A stretch of DNA of 64,000 bases from positions 378,244 through 442,243 of the forward strand of contig CAXVYR010000002.1 of assembly GCA_963666975.2 (NCBI GenBank), in the 5' to 3' direction. This document shows, in pieces, positions 55,027-64,000 of this stretch; the first letter of the stretch is position 1, and every line of letters starts with the position of its first letter. The notes beneath the pieces were generated by a model. The model was not told the origin of the DNA, ran no database searches, and worked only from the letters and a program-made list of their open reading frames with translations. The stretch is from Terriglobia bacterium (GTDB lineage Bacteria; Acidobacteriota; Terriglobia; 2-12-FULL-54-10). The position numbers were made by a program, and so were the translations under genes.

Positions 55027-56540
55027 CAGTAGCCTCCTTCCAGCAGGCCTGCCGGGCTGACCAATGCGAGGTAATCAGCAGCCTCAGTGGTAGCTACCTG
55101 CGCCACCGGCAAGTGTGGATAGTTCTCCAGGTCCAGCCGCGGCGGCCGTTGCTCGATCCGGCACAGCAGAAGATGTTTCACCGCATCGAAGGAAATCGCT
55201 CGCATCCGCAGCGCATCTTCCACTGCTTTGCTGACCTCCTCCATCGAAAAGGTCTCCAGTAACCGCAGCACCTGCACGTACTCCCGCTTGCCTCGTTTCG
55301 ACAGCCGTGCCTCCAGCAACCGCCGCAGTTGGGAGAACTCTTCGGGCAACTCCCAGCCCACCAGTGGCGCCGCCTGATCCAGCGCATTGGTCTTCTGCTC
55401 CAGCAGCGCCAGGTAGTGCAGCGGATCAAAGATCATGTCTTCCCGCTCGTAGCTCCTCGAATGTCGTGCAATTACTTCCGCGCCGCACGAGATCACTACC
55501 TCGTGGACATAGCCTCTGACCAGAACTTCGCGGTGTCCCCAGCACGCCGGCACCGAATAGTCGTTGCTGCGATACCGCACCAGCGACAGCGAACTCACTC
55601 TCCCCGTTCGTTTGTCGCAGGCTTCATACGATGTTGCCGGCAGCGGCAGCAGTGCTGCGTGGTCCTTCTCGAACCGCTCTCCAATCGTTTGCCCGTGTCC
55701 CCGCAACCGTTGCTGGCGCCTCTTCCGGCACTGTTCTAGTAAATGTGCGTTCAACTCTTCCCAACTCGCACATCGCGGCACCGGAACCAGGAAGTTCCGC
55801 CGCGCATACCCGACCAGCCCCTCCACCTTCCCTTTGTCGTTCCCCTTCCCGGGCCGTCCGAACCGCTCCTGGAAAAGGTAATGGCTCTGTAACTCCGAAA
55901 ACGCCTGCGTCTTCTTCCTGGTCCCATCTCCCAGAATCCGCGCTACCGCAATCTTCGTGTTGTCGTAAAGAATCGTCCGCGGCACTCCGCCAAAGTAGGC
56001 GAACCCCTGGTTGTGCCCCTCCAGAAACGCCTCCGTCGTTTCGGCCGGGAACGCCATCACGAAACAGTCGTCCGACTGCGGCAGATCGATCACCAGATAG
56101 TGAGCCTTCCGCTCCTCTCCCCCGATCACCGCCAGCGCTTCCCCGAAATCCGCCTGCGCGTCTCCCGGCGGATGCACCAGCGGCACGAACATCTCCCGAT
56201 GGTTCACCTTTCGTAGACGCACGTAGTCCTTCACGATGGTGTACCCACCGCTGAATCCGTGTTCCTCTCGCAATCGTTGGTAGATTCGTTTCGCTGTGTG
56301 GTGCTGTTTCCGGGGGCGCTCTCGATCCTCCGCCAGGATCTGGTCAATCACTCCCACCCACGGATCCAGCTTCGGCCGCTTCGCCGGTTGTTGCCGCCGG
56401 TAGCCCGGCGGAATCGAATACCGCAACATCTTCCGAACCGTCTCGCGGGCCAGCCCAAACTCTCGCGCTACCTGCCGCTCGCTTTTTCCCTCCACATAAA
56501 CCGCTCGCCTAACTCGTGCATATAGCTCCACTGTGTACAT
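55026..56540 (-). CDS. istA: IS21 DDE transposase
   Basis: HTH, AQADFG, FGGVPRTILYDN, KGKVEGLVGY and NDYSVP. Confidence 0.95.
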   Translation of the reverse strand: MYTVELYARVRRAVYVEGKSERQVAREFGLARETVRKMLRYSIPPGYRRQQPAKRPKLDPWVGVIDQILAEDRERPRKQHHTAKRIYQRLREEHGFSGGYTIVKDYVRLRKVNHREMFVPLVHPPGDAQADFGEALAVIGGEERKAHYLVIDLPQSDDCFVMAFPAETTEAFLEGHNQGFAYFGGVPRTILYDNTKIAVARILGDGTRKKTQAFSELQSHYLFQERFGRPGKGNDKGKVEGLVGYARRNFLVPVPRCASWEELNAHLLEQCRKRRQQRLRGHGQTIGERFEKDHAALLPLPATSYEACDKRTGRVSSLSLVRYRSNDYSVPACWGHREVLVRGYVHEVVISCGAEVIARHSRSYEREDMIFDPLHYLALLEQKTNALDQAAPLVGWELPEEFSQLRRLLEARLSKRGKREYVQVLRLLETFSMEEVSKAVEDALRMRAISFDAVKHLLLCRIEQRPPRLDLENYPHLPVAQVATTEAADYLALVSPAGLLEGGY

Positions 56541-56672
56541 CCCTCCGGTATCCCACAAAACACCCACCCTTGGAATGCTTCATGCGATTGTTTTCCGGCG
56601 GTCTAGTTTCACACCGCCAGGGATCGCCGCTCTCGCGGCGCTTCCTGGTCTAGTTTCTCTCCGGCGCTTACA

Positions 56673-57925
56673 TCACTTCCGACGGAGGTCTGATTCTGGT
56701 GCGGGAGCTGGATGAACGGTTGGGATTCGGCAAACTCATCGAACAACACCTGACGGACACTCGGGCAAAGAACACTCGGTTGCCCCTCACGGACCTTCTA
56801 CGGCAGTCCGTGTACAGTCGTTTGGCTGGATACGAGGATGTGAACGATGCCGAGCATCTCTCCCAAGATCCGACGTTCCGGCTGATCGGTTCCGAGAAGA
56901 ATTGGGATCGAGGGGCAGCCCTGCCATCCCGGTTGCAAACCTTCGAGACGGAGTTGCTGGCTGAAGAGGAGAACTTCGCGGGGCTGGCACGGCTGAACCG
57001 GGAACTGATCGGCAAGGCAGAGGTGTTGGGTTCGCCGTACCGAAAGGTGTTGGATATGGATTCGACCGAGATTCCGGTCTACGGCGAACAGGAGCAGAGC
57101 GCCTACAACGGGCACTTTGAGTCCACCTGTTACCATCCCCTATTGCTGTTCAACCGCGAGGGCGACTGTCTGGCAGTCAAGCTCCGTGCCGGCAATGTTC
57201 ACAGCGCGGAGAGTGGGGAAGAGTTGCTGCTGCCGGAGATTGAACGCCAGCAACGGATGGGGAACGAAATTGTGTTTCGGGCTGACGCGGCCTTTGCCAA
57301 GCCAGAGGTTTACGAAGCTCTGGAGGAACGCGGCGTGAAGTATGCCATTCGCATCCCGGCCAACGACAGCCTACAGCGGGACATTGAGGAGTTGCTGACT
57401 CGGCCGGTGGGTAGAGCGAGCAAGAAGCCGTTAGTGGAATTCAAGGGCTTTCTATACCAAGCGGCCAGTTGGAAGACAGCACGCAGGGTGGTGGCCAAGG
57501 TGGAGCATCACCCAGGGGAGCTGTTCCCGCGAGTAGGATTCATTGTGACGAGCTTGACGCTTCCGAGTCGGGTGGTGGTGCGGTTTTACAACAAGCGCGG
57601 TACAGCGGAGCAGTGGATCAAAGAAGGAAAGCAAGCGGTGAAGATGACGCGGCTCAGCTGCCACAGGTTCCGATCCAACGAGGTTCGGCTGTGGCTGACC
57701 ATCATTGCCTATAACCTGGGAAACCTTTGGCGGCGATTGGTGCTGCCGAAGAGAATCGGCAACTGGTCCTTGACCAGCTTGCAGCAGCGATTGGTCAAAA
57801 CCGGAGGACGCCTGATTAAACATGCCCGCTATTATTGGTTGTTGTTAGCGGAGAGCCGCCTGACTCGGCGGCTGTTTGCCAGCATGCTGGGGCGGATAGA
57901 TGGGCTGTCGCTTCCGTCTGGATAG
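56673..57925 (+). pseudogene. IS1380-family transposase lacking its N-terminus (cut by IS21)
   Basis: Begins mid-motif at TSDGGLILVRELDERLG directly after the IS21 end. GYEDVNDA, LDMDST, RADAAF and YNKRGTAEQWIKEGK are present. Probable right end near 58138. Confidence 0.88.
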
Positions 57926-58185
57926 CCTAGCCTGCGGCACCCAAGAAAATGATTCCGATATCCCACAGGAATGGAGAGGTGTTTGAAAAAGCTGGTTCTG
58001 GAAGCCGGGCCGAGAGTTCTTGGGGACGCGAAAAGGGCGGCTGGGAGCCGATGGCCCTCTCGGAGGAAAAATTGTGCTCGGTAGGATGCACATGGATGTA
58101 CACTTTTAACCGCCGGGAGGCCAAAAAGTTAATTCCGGTTTACATGACAGCCTGTGGTTGTGAAACTGGTTTTGGGGGAGGGAAT

Positions 58186-58335
58186 TGACCGGCCCTTGGT
58201 TTTTTGATCCAACGGTAAGGTGAGTTTTGCGGCAGAATCTGGAAGCTAGAGGAGGGGATTTTGTCGTGGATAAGAAGCGTTTTACAGTGGAACGGATCGT
58301 GGGGATTCTGAACAGGCAGAAGTAGGGGTATCGGT
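58186..58335 (+). mobile_element. IS3-family 5' remnant
   Basis: TGACCGGCCC end, then a degraded KKRFTVERIVGIL..AEVG OrfA start; similar to the remnant at 59809. Confidence 0.65.
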
Positions 58336-58466
58336 ACCGTATCAAAACCGTATCAAAACCCTATATTCGGCAGCGATTGGGGTTGCTGACTGAGCGAAAG
58401 CAGGCTCCCCAAGTTAGTGATAATACAAGGAATCGGATGGAAGCAATGTAACCGAAAGAAGGACTT

Positions 58467-58518
<52 letters not shown>

Positions 58519-58599
58519 TTTCAGTCCTGCCGAATCAATGAGGTACGTCTGCCTCGATTGCATTTACCTGTCCATTGCGAATTGATATGTTGAGCGATT

Positions 58600-58750
58600 C
58601 TACCCGTGACCGCTGTCGCGAACGATTAAGGATCAGGAGTTGTTGCTTAGCGAGAACGGACTCGGCGATCACAGAACGAATGCCACCCGGACCCAAGAGC
58701 CGGGTAAGAGTAGCCATGACGTGGACAAAAAGGATAACGAGATTGCGCAT
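58600..58750 (-). pseudogene. N-terminal remnant of an integrase-core (rve) transposase
   Basis: MRNLVILFVHVMATLTRLLGPGGIRSVIAESVLAKQQLLILNRSRQRS resembles the start of a widespread transposase type; no DDE domain follows. Confidence 0.55.
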
Positions 58751-58857
58751 CTCAGCATCTTAGCAAGAACCGCTAAACCCAGGAATTAGGCCGTAAACTA
58801 GCAATTCGCCAGATACAGGCTTGTCAGGCAGTGCCTAGCACCGCAAAATATAAGCTA

Positions 58858-59733
58858 ATGCAGGAGAAACACGACGACCAGGAACTGTTCGACCTGATTT
58901 TGAATCTTGAGGATGAACTGCTCGCAGAAGGGTTCGATCCTAAAAGACGTCACTTGGAGCTTCCCCACAGGGTAATGTCTCAGCTGGGCCATGACAGTTA
59001 TATCTGTTCTGGCCCAAATTCACCAGAGCTGTTTCATCGGATCCGCAAGATCCATCAAGATCTTTACCGTACCAAGGATGTTTCCGTAGGCGGGTTACAC
59101 GGAGGTGCCTTCATGTTCCGCGGCATCGCAGCGGAGGTCCGCATACCGTTGTTTCTCGGCTCAGTGAAGATCAACCCTTTTCAGCACAACGATCTCTCAT
59201 CTCGGCAGATCGAGTGGCTACTGTCGGACCCAGACCATACTGAAGCGTATGTATCGACCTTCAGCGACCTTTTTGATTTTTCGGCATGCCTGCATTCTTT
59301 TAGCGGCTATGAGGAACCACCTGAACCCGCACGGCCTTTGTTCGGTCTGGCGGCTTTTCAGATTCAGGCTGCTGGCGCGACGCTTTGCGCAGCCTTCGAT
59401 GAGCGTGGTGCGATCCAGAGCTCGTTGATCGGTGCGGAACTCGCGTTGAAAGCTGCCCTTGCTGGCAAGGGTTTGAGCGACGCGGACTTGAAGAAATACG
59501 GTCACAACCTTTCCCGCCTTGTGGAGGCTGTCGGCAACCTCTACGGCTCGTTTGAGTTAGTTTCGGTGAAAGAAAAAATGTATTTACTGCCACACCTTGT
59601 TGATAACCGATACTCGCCTGAGCAACCAAGTCGAATGAAGACGGGAGCCATCGTAATGGCCGGTCAATATATTGCTGGTGCTGTGGCGCGTGCCGTAACC
59701 GGTGGGAGTTTTCGTGCGAAGTTTGAGAAATAA
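58858..59733 (+). CDS. Hypothetical protein with C-terminal HEPN-like domain
   Basis: AELALKAAL...YGHNLSRL...NRY pattern; intact ORF with lower GC among remnants. Confidence 0.6.
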   Translation: MQEKHDDQELFDLILNLEDELLAEGFDPKRRHLELPHRVMSQLGHDSYICSGPNSPELFHRIRKIHQDLYRTKDVSVGGLHGGAFMFRGIAAEVRIPLFLGSVKINPFQHNDLSSRQIEWLLSDPDHTEAYVSTFSDLFDFSACLHSFSGYEEPPEPARPLFGLAAFQIQAAGATLCAAFDERGAIQSSLIGAELALKAALAGKGLSDADLKKYGHNLSRLVEAVGNLYGSFELVSVKEKMYLLPHLVDNRYSPEQPSRMKTGAIVMAGQYIAGAVARAVTGGSFRAKFEK

Positions 59734-59808
59734 TAAATAATTGTCCCCTCCTGCTTGCTTCCACTCGCGACCCCGGTGCGGTTCTTGTCTTTTGGGCGTG
59801 AGAGAATG

Positions 59809-60035
59809 TGATCGGCCCGTGGTTATTTGAACCACAGCAAGAGTTAGTTTTGAGGCAAAATCTTGGGATTTGAGAGGAGATTTGCCGTGAGGAAGAAGCG
59901 CTTTTCCGTGGAACAGATCGTGGAAATCTTGAAACAGGCAGAAGTAGGGGTACCCATCGGGGAGTTGGTGCGGCAGGTGGGGATTTCCGAGCAGACATTC
60001 TAGCGGTGGAAGAAGCGGTACGCGAAGCTGGAGGA
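59809..60035 (+). mobile_element. IS3-family 5' remnant with in-frame stop
   Basis: TGATCGGCCC end, then RKKRFSVEQIVEILKQAEVGVPIGELVRQVGISEQTF*RWKKRY (TAG at 60001). Confidence 0.78.
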
Positions 60036-61222
60036 CGGTGCAAGCCGACCTTCATTGCCGGAAAGAACTTGGTCTAGCATCAGGAGCAGTTCCAGGGCTG
60101 GGCTGGGAAGTGGCTCTCGGTGAAGACAGAGCGGTCTGCCGGCTCGATGCAGCACTTCAGGACCGGCTCGTCCAACTCGGAATTCCAACCGAGACGGAGT
60201 GGATCAGTGGATCAAAGGAGGAATGGGGAGCGAGCTGCGGGGGCAGGTGGAGGCCATCAAGCGCTGGTATCGCAACGACTGGATCGTGCTCGCCAACAAG
60301 CTGCGCAGCCAGTAGAGCATGGCCGTGGCGGCAACCACCGTAAAGAAACCGTCAGAAAACTCGCCCATCAAGCGGGCTAGCCGTAGGCGTTGCGAGCGAA
60401 AGCAGACGCCCCAAAACCGTGTAATAGCAAAGAAAGAAAAGAGTTGGGAGAAAACCGTGGAAGCCGACTGCCTGCTGCGCAAGCGGTTGGTGGCCCGCAA
60501 TAGGGCCTGCTACTCCCGGGCGACGGCCATGAAATTAACCTTTCGGTCCCGCTCCCTCAGGTTTTGCCAGAGCCCGCGATGAGACCGCCCAGATGGCGAC
60601 GGGCCTCCAGGCCTGTGCTCTATTCCATCCCCCCCCTGCACTTCTCTCTTGCTTTTTCGTGCACCCCCTCCCCCTGAAAAAATCTTGAAAATTTCCCCAA
60701 AAAACTCTTGCATTCCCCGATTGAGCCGATTACCATGAACACCTGTTTTGAACCCCGAATTATCTGCCCGGCTGTTTGAACCACAGCGATTACGGGGGGG
60801 GGAGCGTAGCTGGCAAAGAAAAAAGATTGACAGGCTGAAACTGAAAGTGTTATTTTCCCCGCGTCTTTGGTAGATCCGCATGCTGCCTCAGATCGTTTGT
60901 AACTAGTTAATACTAATAGATTTACTGTTAATCAGCCTCCATCAATCCCCTTATTGAATCCCTCTTTGTAAACGGGAATCCCTTGGCCCATCCAACCTGA
61001 GTGGACTTTTGTAGACAGGTTTGCGAGCAATCCACCCTGAGTCCGGGAGTCCGAGGCCTTCGAGTAGGGTGGCAATTTGCGAGCGCTGCGCGTCGGTGAT
61101 GGTAGCTAGTTCGGCATGTGGGCACGGTCCTCGGCGTGTCAGGCGCGGCCAGTGTACCACCAGACGAAGTTGTGGTTTACTTCTCCACTGGCCCCAGCAC
61201 CGGCTTCTTAGCCGGTTCGACG

Positions 61223-61613
61223 GCCTTCCCGCAGGGATAAATCAGACGAGAGCGACCCCCAAAAAAGGGGGGACAGGGTATGCCACAAACCCTGCCACAA
61301 ACCCCTTTTCCTGTTTGCCGCTAGAGCGGCAAAAAAGGGGGGGTCGCTCTCGTCTTTCCCCGCGCCTCTCCTTCTGGCGCGGGATGGCCTGGTAGTAGCA
61401 GGAAAACCACTGCGAGGCAAAGAAATAGACAAAATGAGTGTTGCCACAAAAAAATGCCGATTCTTGCCACACCCCCCCCCTTATATAAGTGGCAAAAAAG
61501 ATCGGCACGGCCACCGTTTGTGGCAGGCCCAAAAAACGCTCTATCTCGGAAACGTCCACTGGAGTTCCATTGCTGCGGTTCATTAGACTGACCTTCACGC
61601 GGCTCGAAACCCA
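61223..61613. promoter_or_regulatory. Structured non-coding module, copy 2 (TGCCAC type)
   Basis: Perfect 17-bp outer stem 61244-61260/61339-61355 and gccgc-taga-gcggc hairpin. TGCCAC at 61281, 61293, 61442, 61465 and inverted at 61489. Confidence 0.65.
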
Positions 61614-62499
61614 CGTCCGAAGCCGTCGATCGTGGCTCCGATTGAGCCGCTTATCTTGGGCAGGTCTTTCAGTTCCATCAACCTGTCCGAGATTGCCTCA
61701 ACCCCGCCGTACGTCTCGAAGCCGTCGATCGTGGCTCCGATTGAGCCGCTTATCTTGGGCAGGTCTTTCAGTTCCATCAACCTGTCCGAGATTGCCTCAA
61801 CCGAAGGTGGCGGTTTAGGCATTGCGCAATAGGCAGTTTCAGGGCGTACTTCGCTCGTTGATCGGCTTGTGTCCGCATTGGTCAGCCCGATCGGTTTCCA
61901 ATGTGCTCCTGGTCATTTCCGCCCTTCGGCTGCGTTTGGGTCGTTTCGCAGCTTGGTCCATTTGCCCTCTGACTGCCCTGCTCACCCCCTGCGTACGATT
62001 CCGCTCCGCTTGGGGCAATCGCCACGGCGCGCATCTTTAGCGACCGCACCCGCAGCATTTTGTCGGCCCTGGATTCAGCCACGTCTTTAGCGCCGCCTTA
62101 TGAGTACGGCAACGGATTGTGACACTGTAATCCCCGCCGCTCCGATTACGACGGCGCGGACGCGCAGTTGATGCCTTTCAACCGCAAAGCCCTCCAAGCG
62201 CTGTTGGCCACTCGGGTCGCGGTAGCGTCACCCCTTTCAACAGGAGCGCAGCTCTGTATCGGTATCTTTGCCCGGATCGACGTAGGCAGAATTGCCGGGT
62301 GGCGGTTTAGGCACCTTGCAAGCAGATAGCAACAGCAGTTTGGCAAAAGGGAACTCAACGTGATATTTCCCCTTCAGTAGCGGGTTTGATGGGACACCCT
62401 CTTCCCACTTGCTCCGTGATAGAGATGCCGTGGCAAACGCCCTCGGTCGATGCCCAGTGAATCGAAGAAAGTAACCTTTCCCTGTTCGGTGGGAAGCCG
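61585..62499 (-). pseudogene. Degraded paralog of the wHTH ICE protein (16844-17813)
   Basis: Fragments LPTEQGKVTFFDSLGIDRGRLPRHLYHGA, QTRY, AYVDPGKDTDTELRS, WRALRLKGI and WVSSR. Includes an 86-bp duplication (61618-61703/61717-61802). Confidence 0.82.
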
Positions 62500-62555
62500 G
62501 TCGTCTTCCACGGTTTTCTCCCAATTCTTTCCTTTCGTTGCAATTACACGGTTTT

Positions 62556-62850
62556 GGGGCGTCAGCCCTTCGCTGGTGTATGCTTATGTCGAGCGAAAGC
62601 AGATTCCCCATTACCGCATGATGGGCCGCTCGATCCGCTTCCGATTGGCGGAGCTGGTCGAGTGGCGTCAACAATTCCATGTGAATGGAGGAATCGATGA
62701 ACAACAAGACAGGTAGACCCAGTAGCCTGTATCTGCGGCGCGATTCACGCGTCTGGTGGATGAGTTGCCGGGACCACAACGGAAAGTTCAGACAGGAGTC
62801 GAAAGGCCGAAAGGAAAAAGGCGAAGCCGAGAAGGTGATGCGCAAGCGGT
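62556..62850 (+). pseudogene. Xis 3' part plus integrase N-terminal remnant of a sister element, in opposite orientation
   Basis: GVSPSLVYAYVERKQIPHYRMMGRSIRFRLAELVEWRQQFHVNGGIDEQ is nearly identical to the Xis at 13.2 kb. It is followed by MNNKTGRPSSLYLRRDSRVWWM...RQES. Confidence 0.88.
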
Positions 62851-63873
62851 TGGTGGCCCGCAATAGGGCCTGCTGCTCCCGGGCGACGGCCATGAACTTA
62901 ACCTTTCGGTCCCGCTCCCTCAGGGTTTGCCAGAGCCCGCGATGAATCGCGCCCAGATGGCGACAGGCCTCCAGGCCTGTCCTCTTACGTGCAGGCAGAA
63001 AGGCCTGCACTTGCCTCTTGCTTTTTCGTGCACCCCCCCTCAAGAAAGTTTCAAAAATCTTGAAATATTCTCAAAAAAACTCTTGCATTCCCGGATGCAA
63101 CCGATTTACTATACTCTACTGTGTTGAACCGCAAATTATCTGCCCGGCTGCTTGAACCACAGCGATTACGGGGGAGAACGTAGCTGGCAACAAAAAAAGA
63201 TTGACAGACCGAAACGTAAAGTGCTATTTTCCCCGCGTTCCCGGTAGAACCGCATTTAGAGCAAATTAACCCTGGAGTTTGTGCAACATAGAGTGAAGGA
63301 AGCAGATTAAGCAGAAAGTCGGCGAGTTGATGTTGCATCTTTAATCGGTCAGTAGTAACTAGCTGATACTAATAGATTTCCTGTTGGTTAGCCTGCATTA
63401 ATCCCCTCATTGAACCCCTCTTTGTGAACTGGATTCCATTGGCCCATCCAGGATGTTTTTAGACAGGTCTGCGAGCAATCCACCCTGAGTCCGGGAGTCC
63501 GAGGCCGTCGAGTGGGATGGTAATCTGCGTGTGCTGCGAATCGGAGATTCGCTGGCTGTGCCGCTGTGCTTCAGCGGCCCGATAGTCGGCCGCGTGCGAA
63601 CCATCACGACGAGCCTTCACGACCTGTGTGGAATGGGTGCTCGCGGACCACGGTATTTTCAACTCTTTTGTCATCGCGTGACCCCTCAAGCCTAGCTAGG
63701 TGGAAGTGACTACCTATCATAATCAAACCAAAGTTGCACATTCAAAGCTATTCAGCCGAATCGCAGGGGGCTTGGCCAGGTTGCCGCGGTCATTTACAGA
63801 CGCCCTCTGCATCCTTCCGGAGGCCTCGAAGAGTTCCGGTTCGCCCTCACTCCGACGAACCGAGAGCTCGACG

Positions 63874-63977
63874 AGATCGACTCGCTCACCGACGCCAAGG
63901 CCGCGGGCAATCTGTCCCGGCGACTACGCGTGCTGACCCATCCGGAGCTGCACGTCTTGGACGAGATCGGTTACCTT
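63874..63977 (+). pseudogene. IstB-like ATPase fragment
   Basis: IDSLTDAKAAGNLSRRLRVLTHPELHVLDEIGYL (Walker B region). Confidence 0.65.
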
Positions 63978-64000
63978 TTTTGCTCTGCTGCAATGATGCT

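Larger units (their letters stand above)
54059..56672 (-). mobile_element. IS21-family insertion sequence
   Basis: Ends TGTCAAGGGCGGAGTAAAACTAGACCA and (reverse complement) TGTAAGCGCCGGAGAGAAACTAGACCA, with internal repeated sites and istA/istB. Confidence 0.93.
60460..63530. repeat. Diverged ~600-700-bp direct repeat (60460-61085 and 62823-63530) containing gene fragments, promoter-like boxes and a dif-like site
   Basis: Shared blocks include tgcgcaagcggttggtggcccgcaatagggcctgc, ttgaaccacagcgattacggggg and gcgagcaatccaccctgagtccgggagtccgaggcc. Confidence 0.88.

Overview
GC-rich bacterial window, probably Acidobacteriota-like (inferred from a VWFA-related acidobacterial protein and the style of the integrases and IS elements). 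1-11.9 kb is host chromosome: gltBD with a divergent LysR regulator, a VWA protein, a frameshifted ferredoxin/MBL hydrolase, a PilZ gene behind a structured leader, a type III PKS plus methyltransferase, and tRNA-Val(TAC). An integrative conjugative element begins at the tRNA 5' end. It has a tyrosine integrase, Xis, VirB11, VirD4, an unnamed wHTH protein, VirB8/6/5/10/9/4/3/2, a Replic_Relax-type nuclease and ArdC, and several of these mobility genes carry lesions. Its cargo is intact: a ~1560-aa LRR surface protein and a ~4990-aa S8/S53-like protease-adhesin with a near-identical C-terminal module, each divergent from a GAF kinase gene. Beyond these lie IS21, truncated IS1380, IS3 remnants, a tRNA-Pro 3' att fragment, a HEPN-like gene and debris of sister elements. 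The strongest unexplained signal is a ~400-bp non-coding module present twice (16.5 kb and 61.2 kb). Both copies sit at the 3' end of the same wHTH gene family and have covarying stems. Five hexamer sites at conserved spacing are switched together from TGTAAC to TGCCAC, suggesting an origin/oriT with a reprogrammable specificity code. Short microhomology-flanked insertions, deletions and gene fusions are also common in the accessory DNA. All family assignments are by eye, with no database searches.
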